This document shows, in pieces, positions 13,290 through 25,350 of a stretch of 64,000 nt of DNA. Made by a program: the position numbers and the translations under genes. Below the pieces are notes generated by a model. It saw nothing but the letters and a program-made list of their open reading frames with translations. It was not told the origin of the DNA and searched no databases. Source of the stretch: Lama guanicoe (taxonomy: Eukaryota); contig MU054541.1 in NCBI GenBank assembly GCA_013239625.1, positions 17,024,567 to 17,088,566 on the forward strand. The letters are read 5' to 3'. Numbering within the stretch: position 1 is the stretch's first letter; every line of letters starts with the position of its first letter.

Positions 13290-13380
13290 ACAGGTTGGGA
13301 TCAAATTGTCAAAGATTTTGAAAGTCAGAGCAAGAGTTGGGATTTTATTTGGCGAGTGGTAGAGATTTCTGTGGGGGAAT
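13290..13380 (-). mobile_element. Probable L2 fragment
   Basis: gatcaaattgtcaaagattttgaaagtcagagcaagagttgggattttattt resembles recalled L2 antisense sequence. Confidence 0.4.
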
Positions 13381-16300
13381 GGGCAGGGTCCCGGGAAGGG
13401 ACGGGGCCCCGGGGGGCAGGGCGCCCGTCTGTGACGGGCGTGGGGGTGGTTCCTCATCTCATCACGCCAGTGTCTGTGACCTGAGGCCGCAGAAGGAGGA
13501 CCCGAACACTGGCGTCTGGGAAAGATTTGGGGGTGAATGACGTGGGCACAGGTAGGCGAGGGAGGTACACCGACCATGACTTTAAACCCCTGGGAGAGGC
13601 CGGCAGGGGCGGCGGGGGAGCTAATGGTGACAACACAGCCGGAAAGGGAGCAGGTGTGTGTACTGAGGGAGTGTGCAGGAAGCCCCCACACACCTCACGG
13701 GCCCTGCCAGGGGGCGAGATACGATTTCACTTGATCTAGGGGGAGGAAGTGCAGTGATCAGGACCCAGGGCCCCACGGCGCCCTCACTTGAGAGTGGGTG
13801 TGTCTCTGGCGCTAAGCTGAGGGGGAGAATCGTGGTGTGGTGGGTGAAGGCGCGTCGAGTGTGGAGGCAACAGAAGGGACGGGGTGGGGGCTCGGAGGCC
13901 CCGGGGTACATGCCTGATTGTGGCTGCACCATCTGGAAATTTCCACCCTGACGGTGGCACCGGGGCAGCCGTGGCACCAAGAGAAGACACTGGAGCCTGG
14001 GACTGTGCCCACCAGACCACCAGGATCACTAGAAGTGGGGGCTCCAGTCTCCTGCCCTGGCACTGGCCGGGGTCAGAGCAGCAGCCCGGGTGTCAGCACA
14101 CTGACCCCAAGTCAGGGTTTTAGCTGCTCTGGTAAAATGGATAGAATTCCAACCAGGGAACCTGGGGGGAGCACAAGGTGGTGAGGAAACCGGGAGCAAA
14201 GGACAGTCGGCGTCAAAGCCCAGAGTCCTGGGGGCTTGGTTTCCTGCTTGGTGGGGTCTGCGTCGGGCGGGGGGTCTGGGGTGGCGTGGCAGAGTCAGAT
14301 GCTGCGTCCAGTGGAGCTGAAGGGCCCCTGGTCACGGCCGCAGTACCAGGACAGAATGGCTGTGCGGCATCCACAGGCAACCACAGCTCCCATGTCCCCT
14401 CGAGGGGCCAGGTGTCACCTGGCTGGTGGGAGCCTTCCTGGGGTTGGTCACAGGAAGGGCCACATGTCCTCACATCCTCAGACGAGGCTGCAGGCATGGG
14501 CCTGCTGGGCCTGGTCTGCACAGCCGAAGGGGTGTCCAGGGAGGACCGGCAGGAGACGGGGAGTCAGGCCCACCCAGCGGGATGCCTGCCCGGGCAGCTT
14601 GGGGCTGGACGGGGTTTGGGGACGAGCCCTGGGAGCCAGTGGGCTAAGCCAGGTCAGACCGTGACCTCCAGGGGCTCCTCTCCAGGGCGCCCTCCCCGTT
14701 CTTGCTCAGCATTTTAAGGGACGTTCGTGGGCTCCACCTGCCTCATTGAAGCAACTTGGGAGCCCTTAAGGCGGGAGTAATGGAAGCGAGAGGCCGGCTG
14801 GGGTGGGTGGGAGTGGAGTGTCCAGCGCACGCTGGGTGGCCGGGCTCCTTGGAGGAGGAGAAGGGGCGTTTTCCCTTGTAACGCCCACCCTGTTCCCAGA
14901 AACAGCCAGGCTGGGGACCCCGGCTGAGGAGACACCGTCTCTGCCCTCAGAGTGCGTGTGGTCTGAGGAGGTGACTCTCGGACACTCTCTGAGGACGCCG
15001 CAGAGGTGCAGACCGCTCGGCCTGGCCCAGGGTCCACCACGTCCACTTTTGACAGAGCCCACAGTTGGTGGGAGTCCCCGGGGGATGTGCGAGAATGAGC
15101 ACCCTGGCTCTAGGCATCCCTGTCCCGACAGCCAGGAGCCCCATCCTGAGCCCGCAGTGGGTGGGGGCCTGTGTCCACGCAGAGGGGACCTCTTTTAAGG
15201 CCGAGCAGGGGCCTCCTGACACGGGAGTGGCCTTCAGCAGGGCAGCACGCCCATGGGAACTGTCTCCCATTTGCACTGTGATTCACGATCAGGCATCCAT
15301 CATGATATGCAGTCTCTGGAAGCAGGGGACCCTGAGTGTCCACTTCACAGCCCGAGGTCCCTGGGCCCTGGCAGAGCCTGGCTGCTCGTGGCCTTGCTCC
15401 CAGGCGTCCAGGGCTGCCCTCGTGGGAATGAGTGTCTGAAGCTCAGTTGCCTCACCACAGGCGGCCTCCACCCGCACCCCCTGCGTGGACACCCACATGC
15501 GGCTGCACGGGGAGCGTGTGCCAGACCCCCTGGGCACAGGTGCGTGGCCTGGCCAGGGAGGCCTCCCTCCGGGTCACCTGCCCTCACCCAGCTCCACCCG
15601 GGAGCAAAGCCAGGAGTGCAGGGCTGAGGCCACTGGGGCAGGACTGGCTGTGGCCTTAGCCGCCCTGGAGGGCGAGGATCCCTTGGGACGTGCAGAGCGG
15701 GGCTGAGAGGCGCTGGATGAGCAGCGCTCGGGAAAGGGACTTCGCGTTCTCGTCCCGCGGTCCCCTCCTACACAGGTGAGTGAGGGGAGCTGCAGTTACC
15801 GCAGGGCCTCACCTTCCGCTGCCCGCGCCGTCCCCGCTGTCCCGCCGGGTCCCGGGAGAGTCAGGCTGCACCCTGGGAAGGGGCGGCCTCAGGGGCCGCT
15901 TCCTCTGCCAGCAGCTTCTGTGGCCTGGACGTGGCCAGAACGTGGCCAGAACGCTGGGACCCCCCGGGCCTCCCTGGCGTCTGTTCGCAGAGCGCACCTG
16001 AGCGTCGGCGGCTTCATTAGGTTACTGAGCACGAGGAACACGGCACAGATGTCCCCGCGACGGTTCCTGGAGGTGCCAGGAGTCCACCCCTCGTTTCCTC
16101 GAGCGTCTCTCCTGCGTCACCTCCCAGCCCCTCGCTCATGACAGACGACAGCACGTCTCGGGCGTGGACTCGCTCCACAGTAGGCAGCGGAAGTGGGGCT
16201 GCCTTGCGGCTGGGGGTTGGGCAGCCTGTGCAGGGGGTGATCCCCACGTTTCTGTGGCCAGTGACCCCCCCCCACGTCTGGGCAGAGCCCTCCTGCGCAG

Positions 16301-17239
16301 GACACTTCCACACGCACAGAAGTGTGGTTTCAGGCAGGTTGGCGGAGTGGACCCCACTCTGTTTCATCCGCGGACACAGCGGCCACTCTCCATTGTGGGC
16401 CACGCACAGCTGGGGCCCTGGCCTGTCCACGAGGGCCCCCCGGCGCAGATCGAGCAGCTGCCAGGGTCACCGTGCAGGTGTCACGCATGGTCCCCACGCC
16501 TGCCTCCATCAGAGGCCCTGGCCACCTCCCACTGCGTCTTCCTGAGAGCGTGTGATTTTCTAGATGTTTGGTGGCTGTGGTAAATCAGGATTTTATGATG
16601 TCGTGTGAAAGGCCACCCCCCACACTTCCTCCTGCCGCAGCCGTGGACTGAAGGGACGTGCCAGCGGGCACACTGGACACAGCCTGGCTTAACCCTTTCC
16701 TCGCTCAGCTGCAGGCCCAGAGAGGCTGCCACCTCAGTTGTGGGGGGAGGTGGGGGCCTTCCTTTCACTCGAAGGAACGCAGGCAGCGGGGCTGTGGAAG
16801 CCAAGCTACCTTCTCGGAGTCACCAGACTTCTCCCCTAAAACCGCCGCCATCAAGTCAAGATTCAGAACAAGACAGCACGTTGCTTGGAGCAACGAGGAG
16901 ATGGCGGGTGGTGTTACAAAGCCATCTTTTGAACGAGTCTGTCTCGTAATCATGAATACGAGAGGTCTCCGCGTCTGGTGTGGTGTGACGAAGTGTTACA
17001 CTCGGACTCTGCTGGGACCCTTGTCAGTGAGGACGACTCTGAAAGCGCCCTGGGCGTCCTCCCCAAATCCCCCCCCCATCCCTCAGCAAGTCCCCACCTT
17101 CGCTTCCTCCAGAACGGCCCCCGTTCGCCCCCTTCCCACCTCTGCATGTTCTCCACACCCCTGTCCAGGCCGCCTCCACCTCCCACGGGCCTCCCTCGTC
17201 TCCAGCTGAGCCTGTGCCCTCAGACCTCATGACGCGTGA

Positions 17240-17385
17240 GAAGCAGTGCTGGGTGCTTTCCACGTGTGACCGTGAACTCTCACAACGGCCCTGCCAGGAG
17301 GGTGGTGTTTCCCCGTCCCCAGACTCTGAGGCTAAGCCTTGCTAAGAAATTCCGCCAAGGCCACGCAGCTCCGTGGCCTAGCCAC
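17240..17385 (-). mobile_element. MIR SINE fragment
   Basis: gtgctttccac..ctcacaacggccct..ctgaggct..ccaaggccacgcagct matches the reverse MIR core. Confidence 0.65.
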
Positions 17386-20300
17386 AGACGCAGCAGGCGT
17401 CCCCAGTGGTGCCTCTGTCTCCAGTGCCAAGGCAGCTTTGTTACTTGGATATAATGTGTGTGTGAGGGAAGTGCGCAGGTGTGAGCGTGCGGTCGGGGCC
17501 TCTCTGACACACACGTACCTGTTGGCGGAAGAGCATCCCCGGGGCCCCTTGCCCTCCCCGGGAAGCCGCGATCCCACCGCCATGTCGGCTGCCTGTTGTA
17601 GGGCCCCAGTCCCGCTGGACCCGCGTGCGCCTCTCCTCTGCCCGGCTCTGCTGTCCGGCAGCGAGCAGCCTGCGCCGACCCCTCTGGATCGACACCTCCT
17701 TGCTGCTCAGGTCAAGGACGTAAGGCACGCTGCTCATGGCGCTTCCAGGGGGTGTCTGTCCTGCTGAGCAGTGCGAGTGCTGGACCCGGAACCAGACATC
17801 CCGGCTTCTGGCCCAGCCCTCCCGCTACTTGGCTCTGTGGCGCTGGTCAGGTGGTTTGGTTTAAATCTCTCTCCAGGTGCACTGGGGTTTGGGCACTGTT
17901 TCTCTCACAAAGATAGAAAACATAAGGTGCCAGGGAACCGCGCAGTGAAGGTGCCCGGCCTCCTGAAGCCGCCCCCTGAGTGGGAGCCAAGCGAGCGGAT
18001 GCAGGGGTCACAGCAAGCCTGAAGGTCCGTCGGAACTTGCCGTTCCTCCCCACTGCTCCGGGACTTTACTGACAAAACGTCACAGTGCTTGCCTTAATCA
18101 CTTCTCAACTACGAAAGCCCCAGAGAAACAACCAGAAACAGAAATTCTGGGGTGGGCAGTGGCCTGGTTAGGCCTAGAGTTGTTTAAAAAGTTGCGGAGC
18201 GAGCGTACGCTGGCGTGACCGAGCCATGGCGTTTCTGCCTTGGTTGTGGAGAAGGACGGTGGCTGGAGGCGGGAGGCTTACCGAAGCGAGGTTCCTTGGA
18301 TCTGAGTGACCCGGTCGATGTACTGTGGAGGATACGAAGCACCCGAAGGCAGGCCCCCCGTCTGCTGCAGAAGCGCTCGTGCTGCTTACACTCCGCTTTA
18401 CTCGTGTTCAAGGGCCGGCGGACGGCGCGGGGGGCTTTCTATGGGGTGGAGGAGGTCTCCTGGCAACTGGAAAGGAACAAGCTTGAGGAAAAACGCCTTC
18501 ACCTCGTGCGCACGGGTCCCCGGGGGAGGGCGCGTTTCCCGCAGAGCCGCCCCCACCCGACGGGGCTGCGCTGGCGCTGGTGTGTCATCCCTGGGGAGAG
18601 GCCACCGGGGCAGATACAGGATCTCTCGAGTTGCATTTCAGTTGTCTGGGGTTTAATCAGCTGATGGGCGGACGGGGCTGCTGGGGGCAGCAAGCGTGAA
18701 GGAAGAGCCTCCAGGTCTCCTGCACCAGAGCCGCCGCCCACCTTAATCGGGCCACTTAAAGGCGCTTTATCTCTTTTCCGCGGGGTTTCACCGCCTCCGA
18801 CCAGCGTGGGTAATCTCCACACCCCCATCTAGTTATTAACAGCAACCAGTAATTCCCGACAGAGGCGGCGGCTTTGAAGCCTGGAACGCTGAGGTCGCAA
18901 TAATCTTACCTCCCTTTCACGAGCCGGCCCTGCAGTGCCACTGCGCGTCACCCCGCATCTGCTGGTGAGAGCGAAGATGGGGCGGGAATCAGGACCGAGT
19001 CCGGTTCAGCACTCGCTCCCGTCTCCCTGGGGTGCTCCTGTGAGCGCCGGGGGGTCGAGAGTAGAGGCAGCCGAGAAGCCGGCGCTGCACTGGTGGCAGA
19101 CTCTGGGTGGGCGGGGAGAGTGGCCCCAGATGTGTGTGCAAGGCTGCTCCCCTAAACCTCATTTGCTTATTGTATGTAAAGCAGCCGCTTAGCGCCCACC
19201 TGCGCGTAGGCAGCTCCCAAAGCTACTGGGCCGGGCTTCGGTTCCTCCACCCCGCGCGCTCAGACCTGAGCCTGGAGAACCGGACAAGCCCCAGAGGCCT
19301 GCGGGCTGGACGGGGCGGCCCCGGGCCTGCGCCTCTGTCCCAGGAAAGCTGACGGCAGCCTCGGGGCCGACGGCTGGGGAGAGAGGCTGGCCCCTGCAGA
19401 GGGGACTCACCCCGAACTCACCTCTACTGTCTCAGGCAAGCCTGCCTGAAAGCTCTTTCTCTAGGATACCTTTTAAAACTGTTTAAAAGGCATTCGGTGC
19501 ATTTAGTCCTGTGTCTCTGTCTCTTCCCCTTTCCTACCTGCATTTCTCTTCCGCCGCCACACCTCTAGACACAAGTGAAAAAAGAAGATGTGGAGGAGGA
19601 GGGCTGCCCTGTAGACGCGGGCTGGGCTCTCCCTCGCAGAGCGAGAGCGGCTCCTGCCTCGCAGATGGGCGCGTCGGGCAGCGACGCCCGCGCTCACTTT
19701 CCCAGGAAGCTCTGCGAGCGCGCTGGTGCCCGGGCCACACACAGCTGCCGGTTCCAGGGGACGAGCCTGGAACTGAGTGCTCCCTGGCCCAGCAGTGTGT
19801 GGTCACGGAGGGGTCGCAGGGCCCTAAGGCGCTCCCAGGATCAGGGCAGCACGTCCCGGGGCAGACGCACGGCTCAGACGCGAGGCCACCGGCCAGGGCC
19901 ACGCATGCCGGTTCACCTGTCCCAACCGTCTCCCCGGGCGGAGCTCGGCCTCCGGCTCTGCCTCTGTTTGCTCCCTTTGCCGTCCAAGGGCAGTGGAGCC
20001 CGCGCTGACGGACTGGGTTTCCCTGCGGGAGAGCCCGGGGCCCGCCTTGTCCAGCCCGCTGACAGACGGCCCGCGTCCACTTCCTGAGCCGGCGAGACGG
20101 CCCGCTGTTCCCTCCGTGTCTCTTCTCACCCTCGCCACGATGGGAGGCCTGGCTTCCCCTTCAGTGTGAGCTGGTGCCCGGCGGTACGAGGGGAGAGGGC
20201 TGGCCGCCTTTCCGGGAAGGTTTCCATCCAAGGACAGGCTTGTGAGCCCGCGAGAGCTCAGACCACCGCCCACAGACTCGCCGGGGGCATTCCGGCCTCA

Positions 20301-23300
20301 CCTTCAGTTCTTTCCCGCCTTGCCCACCCCGCCGCATACCCCGGATCGCGACTGGGACCGGCCGTGACTGAGTGCGTCTCCGTCTGCTAGGCTTTTTGTC
20401 GCTGTTGCTCACAGGCCCGTCTTTCTGAGAAGGAGCATTTCCCCGAGAGTCAGGCTCTTCTGCTGACTCTCTGTTAGCGTAACGTTAGATCGGGGGCCAA
20501 ACTCTCTGGCATCCTTTTGTTCTCTGGGAGCCCCAGCTACTCCTCGGTTTTGCTTTTCTAAGGAAAGTGGAAGGAAAGAAATGAGTGTGGGGTCCCACTC
20601 ACGCTCCACGGCTTAAATTCTTGAAGATGCTTCACCGACTGAAACAACATCTGGCGAAAGCACTCACACCCCTGACATGTTTCTCCACCTGAACAGACAT
20701 CCTCCGCGAAGCTCACCGGAAGGCCTGCCGAGGAGACACGTAACCTGAAGCAAATACTAATGCTGAATTTTCCCAGTGTCATGTCAAAGAGGGAGAACGA
20801 GAAATGAGTCTGTGAGTGCTGGAAAAGTGTGTGATACAGTCTGCCCACCAGCCTCCCCACCGGAGCTTCAGGGAGAGCGGTGGGTCCCCAAGGGACGTCG
20901 TGTGCTAAGTGAGGAAGAGAATAAAGCGAGACGAGGGGAGGGACAGAAGCCCAGCCAGCGCACTGAAGGTGTGCTGCTGCCGTGACGGAGATAGACCGGC
21001 CCCCAGGAGCCGTGAGGAGAGGGACTTAGAGCAGAAGATGCGGGTGCAGCGGGGCCCCTGCTTTTTGGGATTTATGTGGACCACGGTGGGCTCAGGAGCG
21101 GGCTCGATGGCTTTTCCAGGATCCTGTCTGGCCCCTTTATCAGGCCACCGTAACAAGAACACCTGCCAGGAACGCCGGAAAAATCGCTGCGGCAAGACGC
21201 CTTCCTATGAGGCTGCTGTCTGCAGCCCTGGTCGCTGGCTCCTGGACTCCAGGGCTCAAGGCTGGACAAGGCCACTGGGGGACAAGCCCTGAAGGTCGAA
21301 CCGGTCAGCAGTCGTCCTGGAGCCCGCGGGCAACGAAAGGGCTCTGGGCGTCTGGACACACGCCCTGCTGCGCAGCGAGCCCGGATCAAACGTGACAGCC
21401 GTAAGTCACACGCTCAAACCGCGGAGCTCACCGAAGGCGCAACCGTGGCCGCGGTGAGGGTCAGGAGCCAGGGCTTAGGGGGCGTCACCGTCGCAGAGAC
21501 GCCTCCCGTCTTGCCCGGAGCCTCACTGTCTCCGCTGCAGACAAGTCCCAGGCCACCCAGCGCACAGAGTGCATGTTGGAAACTGTGTAGCCGCTTCACT
21601 TTCATTCAGCTTTTGCCCCGCTGTCAGGCGCGGGCTGCGGCCTGCAAATGAGGGCGGAGCTCGACCTTGAGAAAGGAAGGACGAGCAGAGCAGACGAGCT
21701 GGGAGCTGACCACGGCCTGGTGGAGAGGGTTGCGAGATGCAGAGCAACGCTACCCCGGGCCCTCCCCGGCCCCACGCGGGCCCCGAGAGCACAGTGCCCG
21801 CAGGCCGGCGGGGGCCCCGCCACAGCCAGGGGCCCCCCGGCCTCACAGACCAGACCGTTCCCGATGCCCTTCCTCCAGAGGACGCACCGGGGAAAAGCCA
21901 GGCAGCCCTTCAGGAGGGGTTAAGAGCGAAACACGCCAGTGTCCTGATCTTTCCCCAAAAGCTGCTCGCGGCAAAGCACAGGCCCAGTCGCGACGCCAGC
22001 TTGTAGCAGTCGGCGCTGAGGGCCACCGTGCTGTTTTCACAGAACCTCATCCTCTTCGTCTCATTGAACTTCAGGGCGACAGGGCCTTGGCCCAGGGGCA
22101 GCCGGGCTCGGCACCGAGCTGGGAGCTCTCCCTGGTGCATCTCTGGTTTCGCTGCAGTCCCTGCACGGGAGCAAGTCTGTGTCTGAGCTCCTTCCTTAAC
22201 TGTAGCTCCCTGCTTGTTGTTGTGTCAGAAGCTGCTTGTGGAAAAGTACAGGAAACAGAGTTACAATACAAAGCGCCCTTCCCAAGCCTGCTCAGACACT
22301 GCGGGCGCACCGGGCCCTAGGGTTCAGCCGGCCGAGGTTCGGAGCCCGGAGCCCCCTCTGCAGAGCCGGCGGACTTACAGCAGGTGTGGTGACTGAACAG
22401 CAGGCTGCCCCTTCCAGCGCGACCGCAGAGCACCGAGGGGGCCCCGCGTTGCTTCCTGAGGCCACGTTTCACAGCTCCCTCTGGGGAAAAAGAATGCGTA
22501 TCGCTGTGTGACTCTCAGCAGAGCAGAAGTGTTGTGGAAGTAGACACGTTTATTTCGGGAAAGGAGAAATAAACTCGTTTGATTTTCCACTTGGATTTCC
22601 AGCTCCACGTAGCACCATCTTAACTTGCTCATTGTTAATATTTGTAGCCTCCTCTTCCTGAAGACGCTGCATGTGGACTGCGAAGGCCGGCAGAAATAAC
22701 TTGTTTGACTATTATTAAGGCTGGAGAGGAAGTCAGTACTTCAGTGAAATGCAGGGCCTTTGGGAGCTTGATTTATTCGAGCCTGAAAAGTGAGGCTGGG
22801 TGGTGGAGGGGGGAGCGGCTGGCTGGGGTCTGTCTGTGCAGAATTCAGGCAAACAAACGGTGCAGAAGTGGACGCAGAAGCCTTTGGTGGGGAAGGTGGC
22901 TCTGGGGGCCTGGGGGCCAGGACCCGGGCCGCCTGGCCACCCCCGCGGCCTTTCCCACCTCAAGTCCACCTTCGGGGAGCCTGGAGAGAATGTGGGGCAG
23001 AAGCCTTCCAGGTGCAGCTGAGTGTCACTGTCCTTGTCACTGGTCTAGGCTGTTCTTTGGAATCGTGTCCCAGTGGGCTGTGTATGGCCTTTTAATTTCA
23101 GCCTGTTTTCAGAGCCCCCGCCGTCTTCTGTCAAAGGCCTCCTCTCTTGGGCACCGTCGGGTGAGTGCACTTGTACATGGGAAATTCGCTAAGTGTTTAT
23201 CTCAGGGCCCAAAATGGCCCATTTCAAAGTCTTTTTCTTTCCTTTTTCTTCCGCCCTCCCTCCCTCTCTTCCTCCCTTTCTTCTTGCGAATCATCTTGAA

Positions 23301-24222
23301 ATTCTCATCCGGCTTCTTGGGCCCAGGAGCCGTGAGAGCCCAGGGACTGCGGTGCAGCCCTGCGGGCGCTGCTCTGGTCTCCTTCCCCGGAAGCCTCCTA
23401 AATGGAGGGAAGCAGGGAGCCCTGGGGGGTTGCCGCGCGCCCCCCACCCAGTGCTGGGAGACATCCTTTCTTGATGCGTTTTTAAATGTTGATAAGGCCT
23501 GTCAGCTGGAATGAGAAATGACTTAGGAAGCAAATGGGCCCTGGTCCGGGGCGCGGGGAAGGATGCTGCAGGCCGGCGAAGAGCGGGTGTCCCCGTGCAG
23601 GCTGTGGCTCCTTCGTGGGTCGTGAGGGGTCGTGAGGGGTCGAGATCAGCATTCCCCAGGAAGGGAGCTGAACAGAATGGCGTAGACGTGCTGGGAGAGC
23701 AGCGCCCCGGCCGGCAAGGGGGAGGGCTGCCCGGAGAGCGCGCTTCTTCCCGTGCACGTGGGTGTCCTAGATGCGGTGAGGTCCGGAGACCGCGGCGCGG
23801 GTTGCGCCCGAGTCGGTTAGAGGGGCGCCTGTGTAGGGGAGTCGGGGGGGAGGCGAGGGAGGGGAGGGGGCGAGGGAAGGGGAGGAGGCGCGAGGAGGAG
23901 GAGGAGGGGAGCGCACTGCGGAGAAGGAGAGAGGGAGGGCGCGGCGGGAGGGCGCGGCCCTCTGCGCTGGAGACGAGCACGAATCCAAAACGGCGCTTGG
24001 AGCAGCATGCCTCACAACCCGGTGCAGAAAGAAAGTCACGAAGGCCAGCGGGACGCGGTGGCTGGCGGGTGGGGAGTGGCAGTCGCCGTGCCCGCGGCCG
24101 AGCGCGAGTCCAGAGACGCAAGGCCCGCGGGAGCGGCGCGGAGAGAAGCGCGGGCCTGTGCGCCGCGGGGGTGGGGGGGACCGGCACCGCGGCCGACCCG
24201 TGCTCTGTCCCCCGGCCCGCAG

Positions 24223-24291
24223 GACTTTCTGCAGGGAGACTGCACCAAAGCCAGGCAGAAGCTCAACTGGAAGCCGCGGGTCGCTTTTGAT
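24223..24291 (+). CDS. GMDS: GDP-mannose 4,6-dehydratase, penultimate coding exon ([23 protein letters not shown])
   Basis: Acceptor ccccggcccgcAG ends at 24,222 and donor GTAAGT starts at 24,292. The 69-nt phase-0 exon translates to a peptide matching the recalled mammalian GMDS C-terminal region ([23 protein letters not shown]). Confidence 0.96.
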
Positions 24292-24450
24292 GTAAGTGTC
24301 CCCCGCGGCCGCTTGGGTCTGGGCCCAGGGAGGGGACGTGGTGGCCGGGCGGCTGGGCGCCCTGGGCCAGGAGGGCCGGGGACGGGTGGGGGGCGCCCGT
24401 GGGAGGAGGCAGAATCCCTGGTCTCACCGCGGCCCCGCGTCCTCCCGCAG
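24292..24450 (+). other. GMDS: GMDS last intron (159 nt, GT-AG, very GC-rich)
   Basis: GTAAGT...CAG between the two recognised exons; splicing it out restores the known protein. Confidence 0.93.
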
Positions 24451-24513
24451 GAGCTGGTGAGGGAGATGGTGGACGCCGACGTGGAGCTCATGAGGACCAA
24501 CCCCAACGCCTGA
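24451..24513 (+). CDS. GMDS: GDP-mannose 4,6-dehydratase, last coding exon ([20 protein letters not shown])
   Basis: Branch-point-like ctcac near 24,423 and acceptor cctcccgcAG ending at 24,450. The peptide matches the recalled GMDS C-terminus [20 protein letters not shown]; TGA at 24,511-24,513. Confidence 0.96.
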   Translation, partial: ELVREMVDADVELMRTNPNA

Positions 24514-24780
24514 GCGCCCCGCGATGCTCGATGCCTGATGCCCGCTCCCCACGCCCGGACCGACCGGCCGGCGCCGCCGAGGTTTGCAGCAGCCGGGACG
24601 TGGCTCCGGTTTGCCCACTTCCCTTTCTCCGAGGCCTCCTCTGATTGGCTTTGGAAATCAAGATGTTTTAATCACAAGTTCACTTTACTTGAAATTATGT
24701 CACTAGACAACAGAAATTGTGGGGCTTTCAAATGATTTTTCTCGTTTCTTATTAAAAATGGCCTTTCTGTGAACCAGCAT
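24514..24780 (+). terminator. GMDS: GMDS 3' UTR with ATTAAA polyadenylation signal (24,751-24,756); end approximate
   Basis: U-rich stretch followed by the ATTAAA variant hexamer about 240 nt after the stop codon. Confidence 0.7.
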
Positions 24781-25237
24781 TAACACAGTCCCTGTCTTCA
24801 CAAGTTACAAAAGCAGGACCCGAGAATCCCAAAAGAAAACAACCCAACCATGCCTTGGAGTGAAGTGGCTCCTTCTGCAGGAGCCCCTGCCAGTCCTCCT
24901 CTGTGCCTGCGACGGCGCTTTCCAGTCCTGGTGACAATAAGCCACTGTGCGGCTTATCTGGAAACCCAGGTCCTGCAGAAAGGCGGCATTCACACCCCTC
25001 ACACCGGCTCTGGTCCCTGCGACTGTCATTAGAACCCACGGGGCTCACACAATCCCAAAAGAAGGCTTGAGAAGCAGAGGGCGTTAGGATAAGGAACTTG
25101 AAGGAGGGTAAATACTGCTGGAAGATTCCATGCCAGGCCCCGGGCTACCCACGCCTTTGCTTGCGGTCTCCAGTCTTACACGCGAGACTCCCTTCAAACC
25201 TCTTCTCAGTACTAGATTGCTCTTTGAGTCTAATTTT

Positions 25238-25350
25238 GATTTAGTCGCTCAACCTGTTTATATTAAGTGCCTAATATATGCCAGACAGCATGCAGGTGAA
25301 CTGCGTCAGGTTAATCAGAAATCCGGGTTCCCCGAGCGCATCCTTCAGGA
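25238..25350 (-). mobile_element. L2 LINE 3'-end fragment
   Basis: gtcgctcaacctgtttatattaagtgcctaatatatgccagaca resembles attcaacaaatatttattgagcacctactatgtgccaggca. Confidence 0.55.

Larger units (their letters stand above)
1..24222 (+). other. GMDS: Distal part of the large penultimate GMDS intron
   Basis: No upstream GMDS exon (expected to end ...YYRPTEV) was seen in the window. The human GMDS intron at this position is very long. Confidence 0.8.
23550..24620. promoter_or_regulatory. CpG island over the last two GMDS exons
   Basis: Dense CG/GCGC/CGCG content by eye; boundaries approximate. Confidence 0.8.

Noticed and set aside
13702-13718. CTCF-like CCTGCCAGGGGGCG (similar near 27,518 and 45,339)
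   Set aside because: Partial matches are expected by chance in GC-rich DNA and cannot be ranked without a PWM and ChIP data.
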